From a virus, in the IMG/VR virus record IMGVR_UViG_3300029130_000029, positions 1 through 33,801 of that record: a stretch of DNA of 33,801 nt, one strand, 5' to 3'. Made by a program: the position numbers and the translations under genes. Of the stretch, positions 14,884 through 24,192 are shown piece after piece. The notes below the pieces were generated by a model, which was not told the DNA's origin, ran no database searches, and saw only the letters and a program-made list of their open reading frames with translations. Position 1 is the stretch's first letter. Each line of letters opens with the position of its first letter.

Positions 14884-15094
14884 TCTTACCACCTCCTGCG
14901 AAGAAATCACGCAAGCCGCCGGGTCTGCCCTTTATGGCATACTGTTCTGCATCATTGGCCTTTTCGATCATTAAATCGTAGACCATTCCGCAGGTCATGT
15001 CCTCCAGCGCTTCATCGGATAACCCGAGTTCAGCGCAGCGGAGCATAAAGGTTGACCCGGTGGGCTCACGCACGGTTTGTTTTATTTTTTTTTT
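14876..15094 (-). CDS. gpT-like extension of the tail assembly chaperone, reached by a -1 frameshift (fusion product 15423 to 14876)
   Basis: The -1 frame is open through the A10 run and continues ...KIKQTVREPTGSTFMLRCAELGLSDEALEDMTCGMVYDLMIEKANDAEQY... to TGA 14878-14876. The track shows it only as an RBS-less GTG ORF, 14876..15073. Confidence 0.7.
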   Translation of the reverse strand, partial: KKKIKQTVREPTGSTFMLRCAELGLSDEALEDMTCGMVYDLMIEKANDAEQYAIKGRPGGLRDFFAGGGKIG

Positions 15095-15423
15095 GGAACA
15101 GCGGTAGTCTTGTTGTTAAGGCTCCAAAGCTCCAAAATGGCAGGAAGCACTTTATAGATGGAGAACATCTCAAACTGCTCCAGCCACTCGTCAACATTGT
15201 CCGGGATGGATCCGTCATATTGCCGAGCCATGATAAAAGCGACATCCTCAAAGATTTCAAGATCGCTTACGGAAAAAGATCCGTCCTCGGATGTCGCTGC
15301 CGTTTGTAGCTTTTGAAGGTCACGCACAATGTCCCGACCCACTTTGTGGCGGTAAATTCGTGGGGTAAGCGCATTAGCGCATAACCCTACGCTTTTTCCG
15401 TCGATCTCGATTACTTTGTTCAT
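15082..15423 (-). CDS. Tail assembly chaperone (gpG-like)
   Basis: Lies between the major tail protein and the tape measure. It ends ...TTAVPKKK-TAA within a slippery A-run. Confidence 0.75.
   Translation of the reverse strand: MNKVIEIDGKSVGLCANALTPRIYRHKVGRDIVRDLQKLQTAATSEDGSFSVSDLEIFEDVAFIMARQYDGSIPDNVDEWLEQFEMFSIYKVLPAILELWSLNNKTTAVPKKK
15085..15094 (-). promoter_or_regulatory. Slippery A10 run (T10 on the plus strand) for -1 programmed ribosomal frameshift
   Basis: The minus strand reads CCA AAA AAA AAA TAA, which contains A_AAA_AAA heptamers immediately before the 0-frame stop. Confidence 0.7.
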
Positions 15424-15424
15424 T

Positions 15425-15982
15425 TCAGCCTCCAGTCGTCGGAGTGAATACGGCGGTGTACCAGCCGTTCACGGTCGCCTCCGGGGTCTCCGCCGTAGTG
15501 TAGGCAAGGGAGTTGCCGTTTGCCAGCGGGGAAGCGGTGATGCTGACGGTCTGCGTCTGCGGCTCTACGCTCTCGGTCGTGGTATTCAGCTCACGAGTGG
15601 GGCGGGTGCAGGTGCAGTTATAAAGAACAAACTTCGTTCCGTTCACATCGCCCTCCTCTTGGAACAGCAGGGCGAAGGACTTGGGCTGAATGTTCGCATT
15701 CTCGATCATCACCTTGCTGGTGGTGTCAAGAGTGTAACCGAAAACATCCTTGAGGAATGCCTCGGGGAAAACGGCGACTTCGAGATCGCCGGTGTAGCCG
15801 CTGTTCGCCACGGCTACGAAATACTGAATGTTGTCCGCATAAAACGGGGTGGTATCGCCGGAAGGCTCCAAAGACAGGCTAACTGCGCCGGGGATGGCTA
15901 CGGGAGTGCCGTAGGTGTTATTTTCCCCGTCGAGGATAGCGTAATGGACATTCGAGATACCGAATTTAACTTTATCAGCCAT
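15425..15982 (-). CDS. Major tail protein (phi13-type)
   Basis: N-terminus MADKVKFGISNVHYAILDGENNTYGTPVAIPGAVSLSLEP... The size and the position upstream of the chaperone pair also fit. Confidence 0.8.
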   Translation of the reverse strand: MADKVKFGISNVHYAILDGENNTYGTPVAIPGAVSLSLEPSGDTTPFYADNIQYFVAVANSGYTGDLEVAVFPEAFLKDVFGYTLDTTSKVMIENANIQPKSFALLFQEEGDVNGTKFVLYNCTCTRPTRELNTTTESVEPQTQTVSITASPLANGNSLAYTTAETPEATVNGWYTAVFTPTTGG

Positions 15983-15984
15983 TT

Positions 15985-16290
15985 TTACACCTCGATTTCA
16001 TAAACTACTTGGTTACATTGTTGATCCTCAATGTAACTTTCGGACTTTTGCCAAAACAGAGAGGACAAAGCCTGTTCGACTTTGCCCTCTGCTGTTAGGT
16101 CTTTATCTTTTGTGTAAAGCTCAACCTGTATATGGTTGATGTGGTGATATACCACATTGTCAGCGCCAAAATTATTGGAGTAGGAGACGCGATAGAGGAT
16201 ATACGGTAACTTTTGCGGCTTATTGAAGTAACCGTAAGCTACGGGCATCCTCGTCCGTTTTAACAGGGAATTGACCTCTTGCAGTGTCAT
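15985..16290 (-). CDS. Tail terminator / tail completion protein (position-based)
   Basis: A 101-aa gene between the gp10-like gene and the major tail gene. ATGA overlap with the upstream gene. Confidence 0.5.
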   Translation of the reverse strand: MTLQEVNSLLKRTRMPVAYGYFNKPQKLPYILYRVSYSNNFGADNVVYHHINHIQVELYTKDKDLTAEGKVEQALSSLFWQKSESYIEDQQCNQVVYEIEV

Positions 16291-16679
16291 CCTTTCTTAA
16301 TCACCACCTTTACACGGGTTAATAGTTTCTGCTCTGCCTTTTGCTCCGCTGGGCCGATGTGGGGGAATGGGCGGGCAGAGCCTTTTGCGGTTCCGCCTGG
16401 GCCTGCGTGACCATGTTCCAGCAAGTGCGTGAGCTGGTAATCCGTTTTGTTGAAAATTCGCATACGGATATCGCTGTAGCTCTCATATGCGACCTTGTCA
16501 CGCCAACCGGCCTTATAATCGCCGGTCTGTACCGGGCTGCCGGTCACAATGTCTTGGCGGCATTCCTTTGCCACCTGCCGAACCTCTTTTTTTACGCCAT
16601 CCGTAACGGCCTGGTCATAGTTTTTCAGTTCGGACAGGATTGCCGTTGCCAACTCATCCGGTCTAACCGTTTTCGACAT
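16287..16679 (-). CDS. HK97 gp10-family head-tail joining protein
   Basis: Sequence MSKTVRPDELATAILSELKNYDQAVTDGVKKEVRQVAKECRQDI...HLLEHGH. ATG 16679 follows AAGGTGG. The track start 16700 is TTG. Confidence 0.7.
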   Translation of the reverse strand: MSKTVRPDELATAILSELKNYDQAVTDGVKKEVRQVAKECRQDIVTGSPVQTGDYKAGWRDKVAYESYSDIRMRIFNKTDYQLTHLLEHGHAGPGGTAKGSARPFPHIGPAEQKAEQKLLTRVKVVIKKG

Positions 16680-17001
16680 CGTTGCCCACCTTTTCCTCAA
16701 GGTACAACTCTATTTCATCGCTGCCTGTTGCAAAATAGGTGCGATAAATGGAATAGCGTGTGCCGCGCCACTCGGCTAATTTCTGCCCAGCATAGTTGGC
16801 GATAGGAGTAACCGCCACAAGGGACGGCTGCAAGCCGTTTTGACCGGCGGAATAGAACTCCGCCCGTGTAGCGGACTGCAGCCGCGCCCAGACCTGTGTT
16901 GTGGTTTCTGTGGCAATCTGTACCCCGATATCGTTCTGCTCAAAGGTTTGGGAGATTAATGTAATGAGATCATCCAAATCAATCACCCACCTTTTGCTCA
17001 A
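16663..17001 (-). CDS. Head closure / head-tail adaptor protein (SPP1 gp16-like)
   Basis: 112 aa, with typical position and sequence character (ITLISQTFEQNDIGVQI...VWARLQSATRAEFYSAGQNGL). Confidence 0.7.
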   Translation of the reverse strand: MSKRWVIDLDDLITLISQTFEQNDIGVQIATETTTQVWARLQSATRAEFYSAGQNGLQPSLVAVTPIANYAGQKLAEWRGTRYSIYRTYFATGSDEIELYLEEKVGNDVENG

Positions 17002-17251
17002 ACAGCCGGTTGTTGAGTGCCCACCGGAGCATCCGGGGCATTGCTACGACCTTTTCCCGGCGTTGCCGGTAAAGGTAGGCGGCGTACATCTCCACCAGCA
17101 TAGCATCACCGGTGCTGGTGGAAAGTACGATTCCCTCGGTAGCGATATACTCCTTGGCAGACGCGATCAACGCTGACAGGTAATCGTCAAGCGCTGTTGT
17201 GGAAAGTTGCAAATCAACCTTCAAGATCACGAGGATATCAGCGTCTGTCAT
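16979..17251 (-). CDS. Head-tail connector (gp6-like, DNA-packaging/QLRG-type)
   Basis: 90 aa, directly after the capsid gene. MTDADILVILKVDLQLSTTALDDYLSALIASAKEYI... is typical of gp6-like connectors. Confidence 0.7.
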   Translation of the reverse strand: MTDADILVILKVDLQLSTTALDDYLSALIASAKEYIATEGIVLSTSTGDAMLVEMYAAYLYRQRREKVVAMPRMLRWALNNRLFEQKVGD

Positions 17252-17265
17252 GCTTTAACCCCCTT

Positions 17266-18951
17266 TTAGGAAGCCTTGGTTACATTGACTGTGTAAACAA
17301 CGGTCTCGTTGCCATTCTTGACAGTAACGGTCAGAGGATGGGCAGCGCCATCAGCCAGCCAGGTAACAGAGCCGCCGTTCTTCACATTGGCGTTGTTGTA
17401 GGCAATAGCGACCTGCGCACCGGCAACCTCGGTAGTGGCGTTTACTGCAGCAGTCGCAGCGGAAGCGGTAGCGGTGTAGCTCAGCACATCGCCATCAAAA
17501 GCAGGGCTGAGGGACAGGTTCCCAACGGTCAGAGCGGACAGCTTGGCGTTGTTGGCGGTATCAGCCGCAAAGGTCATGGAGGTGGTTACGGAAGCGCCGT
17601 TAATGTTGATCGCCACAAAAGCGCCGGGGATAACGGGCATACCGTCAGCACGCTCTTTGCCGCGGAATACGGTGTTGTCCTGAATGAACTGAACCTCGCG
17701 GGATGCTTCGATGGTCATGCCGGAGCGCTGCGCCCACAGGTACAGGTCGCCATAGCCGCCAACGATGTCGCCATCGGGGATAAATTCGAGGATTTCCACA
17801 TCACCGCCGATGATGGGCATGGTCATACCGTCAAAGGTGACATACCGGCCCAAAGCGGTAGCAAGGATTGCCTTGGACTGCAGAGTAGCCAGGGTCTTGC
17901 TATTCATAGCCCAGAAGCGCTCGCCGCGGGAATAGCGGGTGAAGGTGTTACCAGCAGCAACAGCCAGCGCAGCCCAGAAAGTCTCGCCGGTGGAAGCGGT
18001 GGGAATGGTGATGATGTTGGAGGTGTGCAGGTCAACCCAAGCAGGAGCATTGGCCGGGTAATCGCTGGGTTTGCTCTCCTGCGCCAGACGCGTCACAATA
18101 CCGAGAGGCATCTTCTGACCAGCGCCCTTGCCGTACAGGATGGCCTTATCCTTGGCAAGGCCGATAGCCTCGGACAGCATCTCGACAATCCAGGAGGCGA
18201 GGTTTACATCGTTATCCTCCAGCAGGGAATTACAAACAGGAACATAACCGGCAACCTTGAAGCCGTCAAGAGTGATCTGGTTAAAGCTGAAGGTCAGCTC
18301 ATTGATGGCACCGCACATTTCAGTCCAAACGGCCTCGGGGACAGTACCGGCAATGGTCTGACGGGCTTCGCCATTGACATTGCGGATGCGGACCCGACGC
18401 ATCAGTTTGGAGTAGCGATACATATTCTCGGCAATGAGGTCGAGGAATACAACAGGGATGGTCAGCTCACCACCGGTGATATCTCTCTTGCTGCGGGCAG
18501 CGTTACGAAGCTCCGCAAAGAAGGTCTGCACATCGGGCTGGGCTACGATAGCGTCACGCTGCTCTTTGGGAAGAGCGTCAAAGGCGCGCACATTCATGGG
18601 GAGGGAGCGAATGTTGATGGTATTCATGGTAAAATCATTCCTTTCGTCTTTCTTTTCTGCTTTGGGTTCAGCCTTGGGAGGATCCTTTTCGGCATTTTCC
18701 AAATCTTCCTCAAGGCCCTTGATTTCTGCGGACAGTTTTTCTTTTTCGGCGTTGTGGGCATCCTGTTCCTCGGTAAATTTGTTCATGGCGTCCTCAACAG
18801 CCTGCTGCTCCTCATCGGTGGTAGCTTCGCCGATTGCTTTTTCGATTTCAGCGGAGCGTGTTGCAAATTCTGCGTCTTTAGCTACCAGCGCCTCAAAAGC
18901 TGCTCTTTTCAGTTCCAGCTTTTTGGCAATCATAATGGATTTCAGTGCCAT
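17266..18951 (-). CDS. Major capsid protein, HK97 fold, with N-terminal coiled-coil delta region and C-terminal cadherin-like/Ig-like domain
   Basis: The core resembles HK97-family MCPs (...ELTIPVVFLDLIAENMYRYSKLMRRVRIRNVNGEARQTIAG...). The N-terminal 110 aa or so is charged coiled coil. The last 92 aa or so (KLSALTVGNLSLSPAFDGDVLSYTA...VVYTVNVTKAS, nt 17269-17544) match the cadherin-like beta-sandwich pattern. Confidence 0.9.
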   Translation of the reverse strand: MALKSIMIAKKLELKRAAFEALVAKDAEFATRSAEIEKAIGEATTDEEQQAVEDAMNKFTEEQDAHNAEKEKLSAEIKGLEEDLENAEKDPPKAEPKAEKKDERNDFTMNTINIRSLPMNVRAFDALPKEQRDAIVAQPDVQTFFAELRNAARSKRDITGGELTIPVVFLDLIAENMYRYSKLMRRVRIRNVNGEARQTIAGTVPEAVWTEMCGAINELTFSFNQITLDGFKVAGYVPVCNSLLEDNDVNLASWIVEMLSEAIGLAKDKAILYGKGAGQKMPLGIVTRLAQESKPSDYPANAPAWVDLHTSNIITIPTASTGETFWAALAVAAGNTFTRYSRGERFWAMNSKTLATLQSKAILATALGRYVTFDGMTMPIIGGDVEILEFIPDGDIVGGYGDLYLWAQRSGMTIEASREVQFIQDNTVFRGKERADGMPVIPGAFVAININGASVTTSMTFAADTANNAKLSALTVGNLSLSPAFDGDVLSYTATASAATAAVNATTEVAGAQVAIAYNNANVKNGGSVTWLADGAAHPLTVTVKNGNETVVYTVNVTKAS

Positions 18952-18952
18952 G

Positions 18953-19525
18953 TCAGCACTCCTTTCTTAGCTTTTTGAGGGCTTCGGCCCTCCATTGGTC
19001 GAGCTTGCGCTCGTTGATCTTTTCAAGGTCTTTTTTCCGAGCCTCTACCATGGTGTCCTCGTAGGCCGGGAAGGTAACGACCGATACCTCATACAGTTTG
19101 ACTTTGCGAATAGTCCACACGGTTGTGCCATCTGGCCGGATTTCGGTTTCCTCGTCAAGGATGTCAAAGCCGAAAGAACATTGGGAAACATCCCCACGCT
19201 TTACGCGCTCATAGGCGTTCATGGCATCCTGATCCGCTTGATTAATGAGGATGGACCCCCAAAGGCCCAAATCGTCAACGCGGAGGGTCAGTGTACCAGC
19301 TGTTGTTCTGCCAAGCACGATTGTGGTATCATGGTTAACCAGCGCCCGAATATCATCACCGAGGGTACCATCAAAGGCTCCTCGGTCAATGCGCTCGATG
19401 GCTTTATCCCACATCCGGTATTCGCCGGTAAAGGTGGCGAAATAGCCCTCAATGTAGAGGTTTCCATCAGCAGCGCGGGTTTTGAAGTCGCCACTGCGGC
19501 TGATTGCCTGTCTTGCTCCTACCAT
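18953..19525 (-). CDS. HK97-family prohead protease
   Basis: YIEGYFATFTGEY..., RGAFDGTL and RALVNHD are typical of S78/U35 prohead proteases. It lies between the portal and the MCP. Confidence 0.9.
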   Translation of the reverse strand: MVGARQAISRSGDFKTRAADGNLYIEGYFATFTGEYRMWDKAIERIDRGAFDGTLGDDIRALVNHDTTIVLGRTTAGTLTLRVDDLGLWGSILINQADQDAMNAYERVKRGDVSQCSFGFDILDEETEIRPDGTTVWTIRKVKLYEVSVVTFPAYEDTMVEARKKDLEKINERKLDQWRAEALKKLRKEC

Positions 19526-20719
19526 TTACTCACCTCCTCCGTTTAGTTTTTTCTGATCGCCAAGGCGGTCCGCGGGAATGTAGTTTTCAAGGGCCAAAAG
19601 CTCATCCATTCCCTCGTGCGGAGTAAGCCCAACCCAACTGCGCCACTCGTTCCGTGTCATTGCCATGCGGTCAACCATTTCCGCGCCAGCTTTGATGGTT
19701 TCCTCCAAGGAATAGTTGTAGAGGGAGCGGACATTGAAGCGGAAAAAGTAATCCGGAGATACGAGCAGCTTTCGGCTAAACTCCTGCTCCAAAATCTGTG
19801 CAATCGGCATGATACGGGAAGAAATAAAGTTGTTCCATTCGTCTCGCTTGAACTCGCCAACGCCCAAAACAAAAGGCGGCACGCCAAGAATGGTTGCCAC
19901 CGTCGTTTTATCCAGTTTTACGAAGTCTGCCAGCGCAAGATCAGATAGAGTAAGGGGCCTTACCTGTTCCACCGAGAATTGCTCGGCAGGAATCAGCCAA
20001 GGTTCCCCGGCTTTATTGCTTGCAACAAAATCGCCAAGGAGCTTTGCACGCCCCTCCGGGTCAGAAAACTCGTCCGTCAGCGAATCCACCTTCACGATAA
20101 GAGACGGTTTCCATTCACTGGCCATGAAACCATTTTCTGTTTTCGCCGCTTGCTTGAGGTTATTTGCCACATCGGCCAGCGCAATGCTGTACCCAGTGCC
20201 TTTCCATGGGTAGTAATTGCTCGGATTTATGGCAAAATGCAGCACATCCTTCGGGTCATAGGGTTTCCCAGATATTTCGATGCTATAATACCGTTCCCCA
20301 TTCGGTACAAATGCTACAAACGCCGCCGGAATCGGGTCAAGACGCCGGAGCAGCCCCTTCCGGGTCTTTGGGAGCACTACAGCGTTCCCCCGGCCATCCA
20401 GCAGCATTGTTTTGATGATCCACTGGATAAAGTTTGACCGGCCCATGTAACTGTTCGGCTCGATATCAACCACACGAGACAGCCCATTTTTAACCCGGAT
20501 ATCTCCACTATCGGTGTTTTGCATCAGATAGATTGTCATGCTTCCAATTAAAGACGCAATCCTATCAACAGCGGCACAGATTTCCGGGTTGTGCGCAAGG
20601 TCTGTATAGCCGGAACAGGTTAGGTCTTTCCAGCCGGTTCCATCACACAGGCATACAGCGCTCCGCGTTTGGGGCTTATCCCGAGAGCGGAAGCGCTCAA
20701 AAAAATTTGCCATGCTCAT
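19526..20719 (-). CDS. Portal protein (HK97 family)
   Basis: 397 aa, with an ATGA overlap with TerL. The sequence character is that of HK97-type portals. Confidence 0.9.
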   Translation of the reverse strand: MSMANFFERFRSRDKPQTRSAVCLCDGTGWKDLTCSGYTDLAHNPEICAAVDRIASLIGSMTIYLMQNTDSGDIRVKNGLSRVVDIEPNSYMGRSNFIQWIIKTMLLDGRGNAVVLPKTRKGLLRRLDPIPAAFVAFVPNGERYYSIEISGKPYDPKDVLHFAINPSNYYPWKGTGYSIALADVANNLKQAAKTENGFMASEWKPSLIVKVDSLTDEFSDPEGRAKLLGDFVASNKAGEPWLIPAEQFSVEQVRPLTLSDLALADFVKLDKTTVATILGVPPFVLGVGEFKRDEWNNFISSRIMPIAQILEQEFSRKLLVSPDYFFRFNVRSLYNYSLEETIKAGAEMVDRMAMTRNEWRSWVGLTPHEGMDELLALENYIPADRLGDQKKLNGGGE

Positions 20720-22476
20720 TTATCACCCCACCATTTCTTTCCTGCTTTAGATTTATCCAAAGCCTCCAAGTACCGCACCGTGGCGAATACGGAGGCATCG
20801 AATACATCAATTCGGTTTGTCGGTCTTACCTTGTCGTACTGGATCATATCGTCTGTCTTTTCGACGGCCGAGACATTCCCAACACAATACTCATATGCTT
20901 CGGAATGCATATAATACAGCGTCCCATTTTTGGCGCTCTGCTCGATATGCCGGAAACCTTCTGATTTCCTGTAAAAATACTGCGGTTGGTCGATAATGTT
21001 AAACCCAGCCGATTTCATGCCAATGAAATACTCTCGGCAGAATTTACGGTCATGCCCCACCTGTCGTATTCGGAAACCGCGCTTTCGCATTGTAACAAAC
21101 CAGTTGACAACATCGGCGTGGTTTACGGTTGGACTGTTGCACATGGTCAAAAGTCCATCATCGGCCCAGCCGAAAAGCGGTATACCATCCTCGTCGGCCT
21201 TAACATGAGCCTGCACCACAGGGAACCAAGCGTGACTGATGATGATATCCACGCCTTTGTAATTTCCAAAAAGCGCAGCCGCCGTTAGGTCGTGCATTTT
21301 TGAGAGGTCTGCACCACCGTACCAGTCTATTGGGAGCTTGGAAAGCTCGTCCAGCGTCCAGTTGTATTTTTCATCGCTTCGCCGGAATTCGTCGAGGTTG
21401 AAATAGGACTTGATAGCCCCGGTATAGACATTGAGAGACTTTGCGAAGAAATCTTTCCGCTGCTGCGGGTCATTCTGCGCCTGCAAGCTATCGTTTAGAA
21501 TTTCCTCCGGCCGGATGGAAACGCCATAGGCCGGATTGGCCATCTCATGTACCAGTGGATTGGTATAGTCGATATTTCCCTCCTCATCCGGATTGGCGCA
21601 GCACATAAAGATAAAATATTGTTCGTCCTTGATGGTGCCATCCAGCACCTTTCGGCAGTATTGCAGCCGCTGCCCAAGGAAGCCCTGTTCGTTATCGCCA
21701 GCCGTGGAAATACCTATCAGCAGCTTGTTGGTGTAGGCTTTCATGGCTTCCTTAAAAAGGTTGTACTGCTTAGGCTTGGTAAAAGCGTGGATTTCATCGC
21801 AGATCGCAATATTGCAGTTAAGAGAATCCTGCGCATCCGGGTTTGCAGCCAGAGCGCGGATAAAAAACGAGCCGTCTGGAAGCTCTGCCTCCATTGAGTG
21901 CTCGTTGTTGTTGTCAATGATCTTTACACCGCCGCCATGCTTCTCGTCCTCGCCCATAAGCCGGATGTTATAATCCAGAAAATTAAAGCTTTCAAGGGAC
22001 TGCATCAGAGCCGCTGCCGATATGTAGGTTTTGGAACCGCTGCGCCGGTACCACAGGGACAGCGCCCATGCGAGGGAAGCGGCAAAACTGGTTTTGATGT
22101 TCTTTCGAGGGATAAAAATAAGGGCTTCATGAAACCGCACCACATCGGTGCCTTTCAACTTAAACCCAAGAAGATTGTATATGATGAATTTGTGAAACGG
22201 CTCCAACAGGAACGGCTTTCCCCGGAGCGGTGTACCGTCCAGCTTTTCCCCCTGCTGGTGGCAGAGGGTTTTTTCGATGATTTGAATACAGAACTCCGGC
22301 CCTTTCGGCGCGAAATCGTACTCGTCATTATCGAGGTCAGCAAAGAAACGGTCAACAGCCTGCCTCAATTCCTTGCAAGCGACCTTTCTCCCGTCTCTGA
22401 TGCTTTCGGCATACTCAAGGACTACGGGCCAGTTCTTACCCTTAATCTGTCTCAAGGCTGGCAAGAGCAGCGGCAA
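20716..22476 (-). CDS. terL: Terminase large subunit
   Basis: Walker A-like [13 protein letters not shown] and Walker B-like NIAICDEIH, followed by a nuclease-type C-terminal half. The start is uncertain: the track start is TTG and overlaps TerS. Confidence 0.9.
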   Translation of the reverse strand: MPLLLPALRQIKGKNWPVVLEYAESIRDGRKVACKELRQAVDRFFADLDNDEYDFAPKGPEFCIQIIEKTLCHQQGEKLDGTPLRGKPFLLEPFHKFIIYNLLGFKLKGTDVVRFHEALIFIPRKNIKTSFAASLAWALSLWYRRSGSKTYISAAALMQSLESFNFLDYNIRLMGEDEKHGGGVKIIDNNNEHSMEAELPDGSFFIRALAANPDAQDSLNCNIAICDEIHAFTKPKQYNLFKEAMKAYTNKLLIGISTAGDNEQGFLGQRLQYCRKVLDGTIKDEQYFIFMCCANPDEEGNIDYTNPLVHEMANPAYGVSIRPEEILNDSLQAQNDPQQRKDFFAKSLNVYTGAIKSYFNLDEFRRSDEKYNWTLDELSKLPIDWYGGADLSKMHDLTAAALFGNYKGVDIIISHAWFPVVQAHVKADEDGIPLFGWADDGLLTMCNSPTVNHADVVNWFVTMRKRGFRIRQVGHDRKFCREYFIGMKSAGFNIIDQPQYFYRKSEGFRHIEQSAKNGTLYYMHSEAYEYCVGNVSAVEKTDDMIQYDKVRPTNRIDVFDASVFATVRYLEALDKSKAGKKWWGDK

Positions 22477-22807
22477 GGCCGCCCTTTTCCTCCTTTTCCT
22501 TCACTCCGCCGGTCATTTTGCGGAAACTCGATGGAGTAAGCCCCAATTCGCGCCAGTATGCCAGTGCGCTCTTGTTGAGGTCGTCCCACAGAATCAACAG
22601 AGGGTTTTTTACCATGTTTGTGGCGTTCCCTTTGTTGGTATATTCGATGACGGACTTACCGCCGGACTTTTTGAACTCGGCCTTGGTCTTATCCCGCTGT
22701 TCCAGTATCTCTGCAAGCGTTTCTACCGCAGATTGATAAGATGGGTCGGCCGTACCGAGTTTTTCCATCTGTTTTTCGATAGTTTCAACCCATTTTTCCT
22801 TTGTCAT
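22442..22807 (-). CDS. terS: Terminase small subunit (P27-like)
   Basis: Track ORF trimmed to ATG 22807. The 121-aa sequence [39 protein letters not shown]...[13 protein letters not shown] is typical of P27-family TerS. Confidence 0.8.
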   Translation of the reverse strand: MTKEKWVETIEKQMEKLGTADPSYQSAVETLAEILEQRDKTKAEFKKSGGKSVIEYTNKGNATNMVKNPLLILWDDLNKSALAYWRELGLTPSSFRKMTGGVKEKEEKGGLAAALASLETD

Positions 22808-22905
22808 GGCTTCCCCTTTCTCAAAAATATACCGTAGAGTTGGAAAAAGTTCCCCCCGCCGGTCCCCATAGACAGGCGGAAGGCGCAACGGATAGGGGGG
22901 GGGTA

Positions 22906-23160
22906 TCAGTAACGGCCCCTTGCTGCTGTTGCTTTTTCCGGGTGCTGCTTGTTATGGCAGCCCTCACACAGGCTTACTAAATTTTTATCTTCGTAAGCCA
23001 GCTCCGGGTACTCATCTGCGTGTTTGATATGATGCACCGTTGTAGCCTGTACCGCCTTTCCGTACCTCTTGCAGTGCTGGCACATATATCCGTCACGCCT
23101 TAATATCTGTTGGCGCTTCCTCCGCCACCTGGGAGAATTATAATCAAATACAATGTTCAT
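22906..23160 (-). CDS. HNH endonuclease (packaging-associated)
   Basis: CQHCKRYGK...HHIKH...LVSLCEGCHNKQH. It lies directly upstream of TerS, as in HNH-assisted cos packaging modules. Confidence 0.9.
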   Translation of the reverse strand: MNIVFDYNSPRWRRKRQQILRRDGYMCQHCKRYGKAVQATTVHHIKHADEYPELAYEDKNLVSLCEGCHNKQHPEKATAARGRY

Positions 23161-23209
23161 TACCCGCCCTATCCCTCCCGGTGTCTACTATGCCGGGCTA
23201 CCAATATTG

Positions 23210-24001
23210 TTACCAAACCGTGGTTATCCGCTTAGTGCCTGTCTTGTTCCCGCACAGCAGGAGCGTCTGCGGCTGCTCATGGTCGCTCTCGCTGCTGGGC
23301 AGCAGCATCTTCCGGGCTGCGTAGCCTCCGTACTGCTGCCATGCGGTACAGCTAACCACTACCAGCTGCTTGGTACGGATAACATTGTTGTTACTGTCCA
23401 CCACGATCTTTTTGGGCTTACTGATGGTGCCTTTGTGGGTATGGCCAACAATCAGAGCGTCAATGCCCTCTATGGTGTAGCCGAAGCGCTCATTACGGTT
23501 GACCGTTGCACCGGTGTAAATGCCGCCGCCGGAGCCATGGGTAACAGCCATCGTATAGCTGGTGATAGGGATATCTCTTGTTACCCTGCGCCCAATCTCC
23601 AGTTTGAGGAATGCTATGTCCTCGGCGTAGTAGTCCTCCATGTCCAGCTTGCACATGATATCGCCCATAATGTCTTGGTCGGTGTCCCTGGCTGTCCTCG
23701 CTTCGTGGTTACCGGATACCGCGCAGAGTATCTTATCTTTGATGGGCGTTAGCATTTCCACCATCATCTTTTTCTGCTCCCGCGGGCGGATATAATCCTC
23801 AAAGGGGCTTCCCACCGCGTTCCGGGTATTGTTGTTGATGAGATCGCCGCCAAGGATGAGATAAGCATCCTCCCGCTCTACCCGGCGGCAGAATGCTTGC
23901 CAGCCCTCTTTATCGTGTAGGATGCTGCCCAAATGCACATCAGATACCGGATATACCTTGATGGTGTCGCTCTGCGGGATTTTTCGGACTATTAAATCCA
24001 T
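23210..24001 (-). CDS. Metallophosphoesterase (calcineurin-like)
   Basis: The ordered motifs SDVHLG, LGGDLINN, SGNHEAR, VTHGSGGG and VGHTHKG form the metallophosphatase signature. ATG 24001 follows AAGGAGGGG. Confidence 0.8.
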   Translation of the reverse strand: MDLIVRKIPQSDTIKVYPVSDVHLGSILHDKEGWQAFCRRVEREDAYLILGGDLINNNTRNAVGSPFEDYIRPREQKKMMVEMLTPIKDKILCAVSGNHEARTARDTDQDIMGDIMCKLDMEDYYAEDIAFLKLEIGRRVTRDIPITSYTMAVTHGSGGGIYTGATVNRNERFGYTIEGIDALIVGHTHKGTISKPKKIVVDSNNNVIRTKQLVVVSCTAWQQYGGYAARKMLLPSSESDHEQPQTLLLCGNKTGTKRITTVW

Positions 24002-24020
24002 AGGTATCCCCTCCTTTATG

Positions 24021-24056
24021 GCATAAAGAAAGAGAGCGCCTTTCGGTACTCTCTGA
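24021..24056 (-). terminator. Intrinsic terminator-like hairpin just upstream of the late-operon RBS
   Basis: The minus strand reads AGAGAGTACC-GAAA-GGCGCTCTCT followed by TTCTTTAT (stem at plus 24031-24054). It ends about 15 nt before the RBS of 23210..24001. Confidence 0.5.
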
Positions 24057-24192
24057 CTGCTTTTTTGTAAGGCAGACTATTGCGAACTTGCGGCCTGCCA
24101 GCGCGGCACCTTTTTTACGAAGGTCATGTATCTTCGGCCGATGGGATAACGGGGCATCGGCGACCCCGTAAGAAAGAGGTAAAACATGAAGG

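Noticed and set aside
17197-18978. A 593-aa plus-strand ORF opposite the capsid gene
   Set aside because: It is antisense to a confidently recognised HK97-type capsid gene. The product is low-complexity and Gly/Ala/Ser-rich, as expected of the reverse frame of a GC-rich gene. It has no RBS and lies on the opposite strand to the operon.
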